DNA of 64,000 bases from the human T2T-CHM13v2.0 reference genome, Homo sapiens. The stretch lies in the NCBI RefSeq assembly GCF_009914755.1, contig NC_060929.1. One strand, written 5' to 3'. The notes below the pieces were generated by a model. The model had not been told where the DNA came from. It made no database searches and saw only the letters and a program-made list of their open reading frames with translations. Every line of letters begins with the position of its first letter. Position 1 is the first letter of the stretch. A program made the translations under genes and the position numbers. Below are positions 39,528 to 53,230 of the stretch, piece after piece.

Positions 39528-39627
39528 CTTGCTCCTACAACAAGTTCTTTCTGTCCTGGGTCAAATGTTAACTGCGAGAAATCCACAGCATTCTTCGCTC
39601 TGAACTCCCGTAACCAGGGGCCAATTT
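39528..39627 (-). CDS. SEMA5A: SEMA5A coding exon (probably exon 4, ~aa 42-75, Sema domain start)
   Basis: Minus strand reads tttttctatttag|AA ATT GGC CCC TGG TTA CGG GAG TTC AGA GCG AAG AAT GCT GTG GAT TTC TCG CAG TTA ACA TTT GAC CCA GGA CAG AAA GAA CTT GTT GTA GGA GCA AG|gtgaga = (E)IGPWLREFRAKNAVDFSQLTFDPGQKELVVGA(R). 100 nt, matches the recalled SEMA5A protein. Confidence 0.97.
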
Positions 39628-42600
39628 CTAAATAGAAAAAATAAATAAATAAAAAGATAAAAATGAATTATTTTTCCTCTGGGGACCACAGATAGTGCAC
39701 ATCAGGTAGCAGACGTTACATTTCAGAGAGGATTCGGAGGTCCCTCTATGCCATCTTTCAGAGGCCACTGGAGGTTTCCCTCAGGATGCCCCATAAGCCA
39801 TACTAAGAACTTGTAAAGCACAGAGGGCAGCCACCCAATAAAGAGCAAGCGAGGCATCAATGCTTGGTTGTGATTTACAAGCCAGATGTGCATTTTCCTT
39901 TTGGCTTTGGGCTGGGCAGAAAATAACACAGCATTCACATGATTCATCAGAGGAATACTGAATGCAAACAAGACCATTTCCTGTGCAACTTGACTCAAAA
40001 GAGCTGCAGATTTTTAAATATTACAAAAGCCTCCTTAGGAGCAAGGACCAAGCACACAAGCATCATTTGCCTTCTTTCAAATTAGATGTTCCATTTCCCT
40101 GTCCTTTGGGTTTCTATTTTGGCCCCATGATTAGACTTGTTAAACACATTCCGACCTTTCTAGATGAGAAATCCACAGTTACTTCTAGGCTTCATTTGCA
40201 TTTTTTTTTCTAAGGGAAATCAGAAAATAGCCACTCTATAGAGACAGGCTTTTACAAGCACGGTTAACTCCTATTAGACAGCCTCCAGCCCAGAGTCCGA
40301 TAATTATAAAATGACAGTATTTGAGGAGAGATAGGATGCTGCTTCAATGAGCCATTTTTGCAACTTTCATTAGCTCATTTTTAACACTAAAAAATATTCA
40401 GTGAGTTGCCCACCAAACGTGGGATACCTTATCATTATCATTGACAATTAACCATAACATCTGATTGTCGTTTTTTCTTGGATTTAGTATTTTGAATAAC
40501 ACCACCCTGACTAACCAGGCACATAACAACTGTCAAATCAATGAAGATGTTGGTTTGAGGAAAAAGTGTGTGATACAGGAAAGAATCTCCTCCAACAAAC
40601 GCTGATGCTAAACACATCAGTGTTATGTTTTTAATGGGGGCATATGGAAATATGCCCCCATTCCGTCTCATATCCTAAAGAAATCGCTTTGTTGATGTGA
40701 ATGAGAGGGACTATTTTTTCAGGAATGGTTCTGTATAATAAACATGTCTTTTCTCTACTAACAGTTACGAGGGGGAAGTGATATCAAGTAAAATTTATCT
40801 TCTGCTTAAAGGAAACCAGGGGTGAGTCATATAGAGAGGGACTTGTAATGTATATGATAGCTTGATTTTTTTAAGGATTTTCATATAAATTTCTACATTT
40901 TATAGGCAAATCAATTAAAATACGTAGAACAAGGTATGTACAAGGCAATGGAACTATGAAAAGTTATTAATAATCCTTCCAGGACTTTATAATTCAGTTA
41001 AAGAAACAGCACTAGTATCTTTAAACAGGGTGTCTATCAATGCAAGTGTTTATAGGGGCTTGTGGGGTTACAGGAATTATTCTTATATGAAAAGAAGAGA
41101 TGATTGAGAGCTGCAGTAAAACAAGAGGAAAGATTTGACCAGAGAGTGACAGGAAAGATGTCCTAGAGGGGCAAAGCAAGACAGCAACATGGGAGGCCAT
41201 GGTGCCCCCTGTGGCCATAACTGGTATCACTCATCTTCACTCCATCAATGCCTCCATTCCTGGGCAAAAGAGAACCCAATGGCTCTTGCGTCTGCATTGC
41301 TCCCTGCAGTGCATGCAGCATACAAAACAGCACATTGAATGCGATAGGAAATAATAAATATGTGAAATGAAGTAAGAACAAGTAAGTGAGTTCAAGAGAG
41401 AAATAATCAAAAAGAAAGGAAATAAGAAAAAGAGAAAGGAGAAAAGAAAAAGTAATAGCAACTTAAGAAACTACTAGGAAAGGAAACTGAAAGGTGTATT
41501 TAAATACAAACTGTAGAAAAATTCACTTTCAGGTTAAAAGGTTTGGACTTGATTTCATATGTGACAGCAAAGCTTTGAAACGTTTTCAGGAAAACTCTTG
41601 ACCCATTTGAGCAGATGTCTTTGGAATATCAATGAGCCCTTGATAGAAAGAATGGTCTGGAAAGAGTAGAGAATGGAAGGAAAAGTAGTATATTTTTAAA
41701 AACCTAAAAACCTACAATTTAGGTATTGGCCTTGAAAATGAATAAAGAAGATGTGGGATCACTGATTAGAGATGAAGTCAAGGTAAACAAGTTAAAAAGA
41801 ACAAAACAGTTACCAAATTAAATGAAGAAGAAAACAGTGATGACTGAGACAGGCATCAGAGTTTGAGGTGGCTTTAGAGAAAGATAGTAAATTCAGGTGC
41901 AAGAATGGGAATGTTGCAGGTGAAAAATTTCCAATGGTAGGTTGGCCCACAGCCATTGTTAAACATCGCTAAGACCTAGAAATGTCCATAAAGATGTTCT
42001 AGTTCAGGAGGTTCATCATTCAGATGGGAAACACATGACCAGGGAGCACTGCCAGGACCAGGCTCCAGAGTGAATATCAGGGGCTCTGTTCACCACAACT
42101 CACAGCCCCCAGAGCTGGGCTCACATCCAATCTTCAAACCACATGAGGGAAGAACAGAGGGCCAAGGGCTGACCTTCCTGCTAGGGGAGTGAAGAGATGA
42201 GCCTCTAAGAGGAAAAAAGACTACGAAAGATAGAAGAAAATCAGGTTACTCTTTTCCCATGCATTCATCTTTCTTTTTATTTAGAAGACTTGGAAGAAAG
42301 TGGCCAACAGGAACCAGGCTAAAGAGACATACATCAGGTTTTGGTCCCTATACTGAACAACGGGAAGGCAGTTTTGCTACTTCCTAAAATACCCTGAAGT
42401 AATAAAAGGAGTCATGTACAGAGGAAAAAATGAGTTAACAGCATGTAGTTCTGTCAATATTGTTCAAGTTTCCTTATTTGAAATTCTAATGAACTTTCCC
42501 AATAAAACTGTGTATTTTTATGGTTAACATAGATCAAAGTTGAGTAATCTGCATATTCCCTTCTCTTTCCTCCAGAAGGTTGGCCATCTCAACTTTGCAT

Positions 42601-42992
42601 ATTACATTGGCTTCTATCTCACTGATACCAAGAGAGCCTTGCAAGAAAGTCTCTGCACCAACTCACCTCTTGAACTAAAAAGAAGCCTGCACCAATACCT
42701 ATCCTCCCAACTTTCCCAACAGATCAGAGAAAAGGCACTCAATCCTCTTTTCAAAGACCAGTTGCTCTCATCTCTTCTTTCCCCTTTAATCGCTTCTCAA
42801 TTACCTAGGCTTTCCTCTAAAATCTCCAATGTTACCTAGTCCCTTTCCCTCTGCCTATATGTACATCCTCTCCTATTTCAAAAAGCATTACATATTTTTA
42901 TTACACTCCCTTGTTATTATAGCTTCAAAAACCCCAATAAAATGCATAATAAACTTCCAAGTACAATATAGCAATACATCAAAAAAAAAATC

Positions 42993-43045
42993 ACACACAT
43001 ACAAACACACACACACACATACACACACACACACACACACATACA
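42993..43045. repeat. (CA)n microsatellite
   Basis: Directly visible. Confidence 0.9.
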
Positions 43046-43460
43046 CTATATTTCATAGGGAATAGGGCTTAGCCCAGAAACGCAAGGATGGCTCAGCAAG
43101 CTTAGTAACAGAAAACCTATTACTATAATTCATCATCACAATAACAGATTTCAGTAGTAGCAGGAAAACGTCATCAATACTGCTTTCTAAGGAATCAGAA
43201 AATGAACAGTTTTGGAAATAGAAGATCTAAAAGAGTTCAGGGCAATTGGTCACAAACTAGATGCCAGAGGAAGTTCGGGGAGAGTGAGGGAGCAGGAGGG
43301 GGTCCACAGCAAGTGGTGAATTGAGGGGATACAATTTTCAATAACATTAAGATGCTCATTGCCCCCAGTGAGTTTACCTTTTTCCTCCTATCCCTATTTT
43401 CTGATATTGCTGAAATAACCATATGATGAAATGGAGCTTAAATATGGCAGCCAATATGAC

Positions 43461-43500
43461 TATATATATATAATATATATAATATATATATATATATATA
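43461..43500. repeat. (TA)n microsatellite
   Basis: Directly visible. Confidence 0.9.
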
Positions 43501-44529
43501 AAATTGGAAGTTAAGTTATAACATAAAATTTGTAAATTCCAACTGAACACTTGATAGATAATTCATAATATTTGAGGTTAACTATCCTAGATAATCCAAT
43601 TTTTACACATATATTTACGTGATTGTTGAAATATGGTCTCCAGCAATGATTTTTTATTGCAAAATTACATTCATTGATTCTTAGTTGCCTTCTCTTACAG
43701 CTACATAAGCTCGCATGTGATTGGTGTATAAAATATTTTATCAAAAGTATAATTCCATTTTTTTTAATAATCCAGTCTTACAACTTCAAGAAACGATTTA
43801 TTTTATGAACAAGTCAGTATTAATAATTTGGTCCAAAATACTTGACAAATATAACTAGAGATAAGCTAAATAGATTCAAGTTAATGTCCCTTCCAAAAAA
43901 GAAAGAAAAAAAATCAAAGAAAAAAGAAATGCAAAGAAAAAGAAAGGGAAAGAGGGGTAAAAGCTACTCTTTTAAAAAAAGCAGACACTCTAAATATAGC
44001 CAAGGTAATGATGTTTGTAAACCAAAACAACAACAGCAACAAACAAACAATAAAGGGCAGCTCTTGTGGAAGACATGACAGTCATTCCAAAATCTGACTG
44101 AGAGCCACTCCACATGCTAACACCTGCAGCGCCAACTGTCCAGAAACCAATCTGATTTGTTAGCAAACACTGACCAGGGAAACCTCCCAGGCACACTAAG
44201 GGCTGGCTCCGGATACCTGTTTCATTCCTCACACCTTCAAACTTCAGTTAATTAAGGGGCTGAGAAAGCAGGATTTCAAAAGCTATATGGGTGACTTGAA
44301 ACCCACATTGGAAACTAAGATTCAAGCCAAACTAGGTGGGGCCAGGGGACGGTGGGTAAAGATTGTTGAAAAGCACGGAGAGCAACTTACATAACACACA
44401 TAAGTACAGTATGTAGAAATACAAGTGCATATCACAGCCTACTTCTATTTATCATGTAGTTATGTAACCGATTTAGTCTGCATCATGACAAAATAACACT
44501 AACAATATGATTATCAGCAAGACAGCTCA

Positions 44530-44720
44530 AAAATAGCTAATGTTTAAATAGTAGGTTCTATCTTATGCACTTTATAACTATTAATTCCTGTATTTCTCAC
44601 ACCTGCCTTATCATAGGTGAAGAAACTGAGGCATTGTAAGAGTGAGTGTTGCCAAGATCAATAGCTGGTAAGATACAAACCCAACCAGCATAGTTTTTGT
44701 GGTTCTAGCCACTATGCTAT
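44530..44720 (-). mobile_element. MIR SINE
   Basis: ataggtgaagaaactgaggca...gttgccaagatcaatagctggtaag. Confidence 0.65.
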
Positions 44721-46859
44721 ATTATTAAACTTCAGCAAATATAAAATTTAGCTTCCTATACAGCACATTTGGAAAATTACAGGAAGAAAGAAAAATCGAC
44801 AGCCTCTCCACTTTGAAAGTTACTCTATTCCCATTGATAGACTGTTAAGCAAAATCACTACCCACTCAGTTTTCAACTATGGACTAGAGAAAAATGAAAT
44901 ACAACAGAAAGCTGGGTCTCTCAAAACCAGCTACTACTTTAACCTGTGAATAAAATATTGATTGTTTTTGCCCATGTTAATAAGGGTGATGATCTACACA
45001 AAAACCATTCATCATTTTTTATTACCCAAGTGTCTTTATGTAAGTATGGAGGAAGAAAATGACAACCATGTACTGATCTGCTTTATTGGAGTAAAGAACA
45101 TTCTGAAATCAGAATGTAGGAATGATACAAGCACTGTGGAATGCTTGAGTTTCTAAGCAGTCTAAACCACTCAACTCCAATACAGGAGTTGGGGGGCAGG
45201 GACAAGGTACTGTCCTGAAAATGAAAGAGCTGTGTCTTCACCTCCTCAAGATGGGAACCTTCTGTGAGCAGCACAGGAAAAGAAGTACAGGGCATATTCT
45301 CTGTGGAGAAATTCTGGAAGTTCTTTTTTCTGACCTCTTCCTGAAGTTGTGAAAAGATCCATCCTACCTCAAAGGTAGGGACCTATTACTCCTTAAAGTT
45401 GGCATGCTTCTCCCTTCTATGGACTTCATTTTTGGTTTCAGTGCATTACATAAACCATCCTATCAATGAAATCTGAGCCAAAACTATGATAGAAAAACAA
45501 GGGAGTGGAATGTTTAAAAGCTAACACAAGTAGAAGAAGAGCACGGCAGGTCTGTGCTGGTTTACTATGCTGTGTCTTGCCTGCTACCAGTTTCCTTCCC
45601 TTTCCTTTGCAGTCTGCGTTACCAGGCCTGTTACTTCAACAACCACTCAGAACAAGGTAATCTCACTTTGGACAATAAATCAGCAGCAACCCCATGCCAT
45701 GTGTACCCCCAAAATAAGATACATCAGGCTTTCAACCAACTTGGTTCCCTCAAATCTTTTCAGTGATTATCATAGCTTTCAGTCCCAAAGCTTCACACAC
45801 TTGTCTGGTGCCAGCGTGTGAATGCAAAACACGTCATAAGGGAATAAACATGCACATTCATAGATGTTTAAAATATGCTGCTGAAAAACATACATATCAG
45901 AATAACCAACATTTCTTACTTATACTTCTTTATTTACTAACTATATTTTCAGTACTGACTTGGTATCAGGAATTGTATGAGATACTTTTACATATTAACT
46001 ATTTTTATGTTTATAATCTTGTGAAGCGAGAGCTATCATTTTTGTTATAAAATTTTTTTAAACCCTGAAATTTTGACAAGTTAAATATCCAAACATGACA
46101 TAAGGAATAAGTAGCTAAACTGGAATTTACATCCAGAATAAGGCTAAGGCAATATTTCTATAAGACACAGATTAAAAATCAATTTTCCAAGGAATGCATA
46201 AAGAGCATGAATCCTTACTGCCTAGTAACATATACGCATGGATTAATTTATCAAAAATGGTAGTTGTACCCAGCAAAGGAGAGAAAAATTGGAAAGAAGG
46301 GAAGCTGGTAATTTCCAGATAGGAGACAGGAATGTTCCAGCTTGGCTGCCCACTGAGCAGGACATAAGTGAAGGAGGAGTACCCCAGAGAAAAACAGAAA
46401 GAAACCAGGGCACACCCCAGGCAGCAAGAAGTCCAGGGGAAAGAAGATCTCAATATTGGAGAATTTATCTCCCACAAATGACTTTCCAAGACAAGTCCTA
46501 TTTACATTAGCAAACTCCAAAATGTACAGATATGCTAAACCTTACTTTTGCTTTGTAGAAAGGTTGGAAAATATGAGGCCAATTTTTTATCTCCAAATAT
46601 ATGAGCCTCTACTATTTTCAGTATAACTCCTATTGAGGGCTTAGTTGAATCAAAGCAGGTTACAGCAGGGCATGACATTAGCTGCACTTCAGTCCAGCCC
46701 TTGACTTTATAGTTGAGGGCAGGTGTGTTACACCACCTGCCCAAGGCTATGCATGTGCAGTGAGCTGGAAAATCCCAGGTCCTAAGGTTCCTTTGCTGGT
46801 CTATTTTCTTCCCCATCACAGCACTAGTAGAATATCTAAGTAGAAGTACCATGGCTGAA

Positions 46860-47355
46860 CCTCACCTAACACCGGCATTTAGATCCTGAGATTTGACAAG
46901 TATTTATGGTATGGCCTGAAAATCATGCAAACAATTGAAAACATGAGGTAAACCCACCCCTGTTTCAGAAAGGTAGTGGATTTCAATTGGTTACAAGATG
47001 ATCATTGTTTCCAATGGAATTCTGCTTCCTAACATTCCTCTTAAAATATCCAGGAAAAATATCAAACATGTTTCTTTAGTTGTTCTATATTATCCTTCAA
47101 CAATCTAACTTGGAGAAATGATGGGCCTGGAAAGTCACATGGGAGTCCCTTCCAGACATGAAGCCTGTCCACCACCTGCCCTGGCAGCCTTGGTCACCAG
47201 CTGCCTCCCCATGCAGGCCCCTGCTCCTGCCTTCACTGGAATGCATGCATTCTTTCCTACAATTTCACAGATTGGTGGTTAGTATTTAATGCTGATTTAC
47301 ATTATGGATATATATTTATAACATGGATTCCAGGATGTAAAAAAAAAAAAAAAAA
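46860..47355 (+). repeat. Left arm of ~500-bp inverted repeat
   Basis: Reverse complement of 49357-49867, e.g. cctcacctaacaccggcatttagatcctgagatttgacaag vs cttgtcaaatctcaggatctaaatgccagtgttaggtgagg; ends in A17. Confidence 0.95.
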
Positions 47356-47739
47356 GTGGTCTCTACCAGGCTGACCACATTATCTGAGCACATGAAAATT
47401 TCTAAATGATAGTATTTTAAATGACCAAAATTATATGTATCTATAGTTATCAATATATCTCAGTCCCAAGGCCATCCCACTCAGCAAGCATCCTCCTTCA
47501 AACTACCCAGTATAAGAACAAGAAAGCTCTTGCAGACTGCACTTAGTGAAGTAGATTAAGCTTTCCAAATGTGGATTATAGTCATATTGTATCTAGATAT
47601 ATTGTATATAAGTATATACACAATACATATACTGTATTATACACAACACAATACATATTTTGTGTATATGTATGCAGTGTATATGTATACACATGTATTT
47701 ATTTCTATATATCTGTATACATATAGACACACATATACA

Positions 47740-48651
47740 TGATAGGGAGAGAAGGCAGAGAGATTCTAGGTGGACATGGGAGGGTCCCTGGAGAAGAATC
47801 ACCCTCAAGCTTAAAAGCCTGACAGACTGCAGCCCAAAGTGACAACTTATATTCTGTTTTCCTGCTTGAATGTTACCTTTTCCTAAACCACCCATGTTCC
47901 CACCCCACCCCATCCTGTGCCTATAAAGACCCCAGACTCAGCTGGCAGAGAGGAGAAGCTGCTGGACATTGTGGACTATGGCTGGATGTTGGAGAGAAGT
48001 TGGCTTGACTTCAGAGGGACAGTTTGATGGTGTAACTTTGAAGAAGAATCTGGCCAGAGATGTCCGGACTCCAGGGGAAGATAACCTTCCTGCCCCATCC
48101 CCTTTCCAGCTCCCCTTCCACTGAGACCCACTTTCATTGGCATTTATCACCATTTACCTCCACATTTACCACCCTTCAGTTCGCTCATGTAACCTCATTT
48201 TTCCTGGACACCAGACAAGAGCTTGGAAACCATGGGGGCAGACACAAAAGGGCCTGCTGAGCTGTTAACATTTAAGCTATCTGCAGGCAGCAGAGCTAAA
48301 AGAGCACTGTAATATGCCCTCTGGGGTTTCAGGGGTCACAGGTTCCCCACTAGATGTTGGTGCGGGGCCTACAGGGAGTTGGCTCCTGCCAGCATCCAAA
48401 ATTGCTCACCCTGGCTCCTGCATCTGCTCACCTGTATGCTCCCTCCAGCATGGGGTGGAACACGGAGGGTCTGAGTCAGTGGAACTCACCCCTGCTAGTG
48501 CCAAAGTGGCCAGCTGGTTCCAGCGTGTGTGCACTCCATTTCCAGCCTCGTTTGCACACTCCCTCCCACAGGAGTTGAGAGCTGAGGGCTGAGTAAATGA
48601 GGCATCCCTATCGCAAGTCCTGGGAAGGGGTCAGGGAAATATCTGGCTTCA
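47740..48651 (+). mobile_element. ERV1 solo LTR (LTR27/LTR28/LTR1 family)
   Basis: tgatagggagagaaggcagagagattctagg...cctgtgcctataaagaccccagactcagc...ggggtcagggaaatatctggcttca; TG...CA ends with 4-bp TSD taca; inserted in a TA/CA-rich tract. Confidence 0.88.
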
Positions 48652-48696
48652 TACACACATAGATATATAAATATAGGCATCAATGTGGTCATTGTG

Positions 48697-48743
<47 letters not shown>

Positions 48744-49356
48744 GTATTTGCCTAAGTGTATTCAAATAGATATTATAGACACTTAATAGACTACAGTAGA
48801 AAGAAAAAAATTATCTCAAAAAATGTCTACAGGAAATGAGTCTGTCCCATTTATAGAACTTTTAAAAAACAAAAATATTTAATAATAACCAATTAGAGAA
48901 ATTAAAACATTTCGTATCACGAAAAAAGACCCAAAATAGCAGGAAGCATAAAGCATCTTTCATTTGCATTTTCCTTTGTAAATATGACACTGAAAACACA
49001 GCATTTTAAAAATGCAAGCAGTGCTTTTTCGAATCTTTTCTGGTTTCTATTGCAGTCTGTTGAAAGTGAGTCAAGTGTTCTATCAAGTCTTCATATGATT
49101 TTGTTGCATTAACACATAGTATACCTAACCCATTTCTCACATGTTCATTGTAGAAAAATATTCACAAACTACAACTTTTGCAAAAGGTCTACACTCTGGA
49201 TTTGGATTCTTGTGAAGTTCACTGTTTCATCTTGGGCAGTCTTCCTGGTGGATGTCTCAGAAACCAAAAAGCTGTGATAGCTCCTTTTTACTCGATGAGT
49301 TCCTGATTGGGTCTTCCTTCAAACACCATTTGAAAACTACAAGCTTGTGTCACACA

Positions 49357-49867
49357 TTTTTTTCTTTTCTTTTTTTTTTACATCCTGGAATCTATGGCAT
49401 AAAATGTATCCATAATGTAAATCAGCATTAAATACTAACCACCAACCTGTGATTGTAGGAAAAAATGCGTGCACTGTTTCAGTGAGGGCAGGAGCAGGGA
49501 CCTGCATGGAGAGGCAGCTGGTGATCAAGGCTGCTGGGGCAGGTGGCAGACAGGCTTCATGTCCAGAAGGGACTCCTGTGTGACTTTCCAGACCTACCGT
49601 TTCTCTAAGCTAGATCGTCGTCACAAGATAATACTGAACAACTAAACATATTTTTCCTTGGTATTTTGAGAGAAATCTTAGGAAGCAAAATTTCACTGGA
49701 ACCAATTACCATCTTGTAACCAATTGAAATGCACTACCTTTCTGAAACAGGGGTGGGATTAATAAATTCCACTGTTACCCCACGTTTTCAATTCTTTGCA
49801 TGATTTTCAGGCCATACCACAAATAACTTGTCAAATCTCAGGATCTAAATGCCAGTGTTAGGTGAGG
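49357..49867 (-). repeat. Right arm of ~500-bp inverted repeat
   Basis: T-tract then acatcctggaatc...atcagcattaaatactaaccaccaa...gttaggtgagg, complementary to 46860-47355. Confidence 0.95.
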
Positions 49868-51344
49868 GTCTGGCTACTCCAGCCCAAGGAGTTCCGAGTC
49901 ATTCAAGGGTTGCCTCAGACCCACCTGGCAAGTGCAAAGAGACACTAGTGAAAAGTTGTCTGTAATCTGAGTTCAAAATCTGCCTCACAGGCTAGAGTTG
50001 CCTTCCCTTTTGTTTATAACTTTCAAGATCTTGGTAAATTCCTATTTCATTAAACCATCTGAAGCAATTAATTAGGATAAGAAACAAGCTGATAAGTGCC
50101 TGGGTTTTATTGCTAGATAACTCCTAGAAGAAGCAATTTCTACTCATCCATCAGGAAAGACAGATTTTTTTTAAATTTATAAGATTATGCAAATTCATAT
50201 ATTATAACACAAACTAAGCATGACCCTCAAATTCCTGGACTGTGATTAACTTTGTCCTTCAGGCTATGAAGTTGGTGCCCAGCCTGCCCCTCCCTTCAAC
50301 TTTACGTGGCTTCAAAGTACTTTGAGTCACCCATAGGAAACTTTGCCCAGTGCAGAAGGGTTTTCATTTTGACTCCTGACCTGCAGCATATGATTTTAGG
50401 CTATAAAATCTAATTGCAAAATCTCCATGTTGTGACAAAGAACAACAAAAAGTAATTTCCCTTAGATTTATAACTTTAGAATTACAAATGATGTTAATAT
50501 GACTAAAATTACAAAAATGAACAATTTCTATTCAATAGGCACTTAGATTATTCCAGAAGTGGCCAAAGTGCTGGCTGTGTAAACAGTGATAGCCAGAAGA
50601 CTGACAGCAAAGAAAGCCATTCGCCACCAGATAACGACAGAGATTGCAGAGGAACGTGCCAGAGATTTCTTAGAGCCTTAGGGTGTGTGGTTTTAAAATA
50701 TCCAGAATAGTTCTGCTACATATTCAGAATTTGCCAGACCTCAGCTTTAAGACAATAAATCATTTGCTTAAGGAAAATCTCTTTCTGTCACATTCTCACA
50801 ATTCACACGTAAGTTTCCTGTCTGCCTCCTCACTATAGGAAAATCTTTAGCTTCTAATCTAAGCCACTACTTCTTCAGACCTTAGGATTCAAGGGAAGAA
50901 GAAAGCTGTGGAACTCAGGAGACAAGACAGGGTCATGCAAGGAAGGCTTCTTGCTTGAAGAGAGGTCTAATAAGTCCCAAGGTGGCCTCTTTGCCGAAGT
51001 ACAGATTCTATCTACACATCGGAACTAGAACATATTTGCCAAGTCAGACCAAGGTTTTTCCAGGAACTTTAGGGTTAAGCATTAGGTGGATGTGCACCAA
51101 AAATACTGGGGCAGCACAATAATTCATGTACGTAGTCAAGTAATATTTATTTATTGAGTACCTGCTACATAGAAGAACCAACTGTAGGTACTGCCTGGAA
51201 TACAAAGTTATATAAGACAGACCTATGCCTTCAAGACATTTATAATTTAGCTAAGAAGATGAGATACACACAAAAGAGAGTTAAACTGAAGAAGATAAAT
51301 ACTATCTGATCCCAGGGAAAAGCATAAAGATGATAAATGCTCTA

Positions 51345-51892
<548 letters not shown>

Positions 51893-52139
51893 TACCCAAG
51901 ATATTAAGAACAGGCTTCCTTGGTAACATGGAGCCTTTGTTGGATGGAAAAACAAATTAACTTGTCTTCTTAGAACCAGCTGCCATAGAGGTCAGCGCAA
52001 CCTAATCAGGCACTGATTCCAACAAAACTACCCTGCATTTACCAAATATACTGATGAAAGTAACACAGTCCTTGGAATTTGGTTGATTTAGGTTGGAATC
52101 TCACAGGCAGAACTTTTTTCTCGGGAACCGTATTCATAA

Positions 52140-52780
52140 GTGAGTAGTTTAATAATGGGTTGACTCAGCAGGTCTGCGGTATTCAAGCCAAGCATGTTCC
52201 AAGAGAGTGTCTGGTCTTTGACTGGCTGCTGGGAAATAATATCTAAGCCCTTACAATATTCTGCCTGATAGGAGTGTCTCTCTCTCTTGACCAGAGATCT
52301 TTGATCCATGCCAGATAGTCTACACTAACAATGCAGTTTACAGTGGGGACCTGTGGCCAGGCTGCATCTGGTTGACTTCAGGAAGGGCTGGAGTCTGAGT
52401 AACTAAGGTCAGCCATGCAAGCATTCCATGCTTTTGTGATCAACCCTCAATAAATCCCTGGACACCAAGGCTACATTGCATTTCTTTGGTTGGCAATATT
52501 CCATTCATTTTGCCAAATGTCATTTCTGGGAGAATACAGTGCTGTCCTTATGACTCCACCAGGAGAGAACAATCTTTCCCAAGCTTTTCTGAGCTCAGGA
52601 TTTATACACAGTCTTTCCTAAGCTTTGCCCCACATGCCTTTTATGGGTGCTAACTTTAATCTACATCTACCCCATCACTGTAATCAACCCTAACTGCAAG
52701 TATAAATGCTTTTCTGAGTTCTGTGAGTCCTTCTAGAAAATCATTGAACCTGATAGTGGTACTGGAGACCACCAACTCAA
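52140..52780 (+). mobile_element. LTR (MER21-like)
   Basis: ctggctgctgggaaataatatctaagccc...attctgcctgatagg...ctggacaccaaggct...ctgagttctgtgagtccttctagaaaatcattgaacctg. Confidence 0.78.
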
Positions 52781-52938
52781 AGCTTCTCCCTCTTGTGATG
52801 ATAAGCACAGTAAACACAATAATAAAACCTGTATAAATATCCCTGGACACAGATGTGTTAGTTTGGAAGAGTCAGAAATATATAGAAATCACTGTCTCAC
52901 TTTATCAGGGCATTATGGTACCTGCTTATCTAGGAAGA

Positions 52939-53230
52939 GATCCAGTTCCCTCCAATAGCATCAGAATCTCTTAGGCAGCAAGTCTTTAGCTTTTACAAAG
53001 GGTAAATTCCTTCCTAGGATCAAGCTTGAAACTTCTTTACATGAGTTATAATAGGCATGTGGCTAGAAACTAGACAAACGCCACTCATGATCCAGTTCCC
53101 TCCAATAGCATCAAATCTCTTAGGCAGCCAGCCTGTACCTTTTCCAAAGGGTAAATTCCTTCCTAGAATCAAGCTTTCTATGAGTTGTAATAGATATGTG
53201 GCTAGAAACTAGACAAATGCCACTTATGAT
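52939..53230. repeat. Tandem duplication, ~150-bp unit, 2 copies
   Basis: gatccagttccctccaatagcatc...gtggctagaaactagacaaa(c/t)gccact(c/t)atga at 52939-53088 and 53089-53230. Confidence 0.95.

Noticed and set aside
39991-40829. AP-1 motifs (tgactca at 39991, tgagtca at 40823) as an enhancer
   Set aside because: Such 7-mers occur repeatedly across the window at about chance frequency; an enhancer cannot be called from sequence alone.
46860-49867. Reading the 500-bp inverted repeat as TIRs of a DNA transposon
   Set aside because: No TSD around the outer ends, no transposase remnant in the spacer, and the arms end internally in poly(A).
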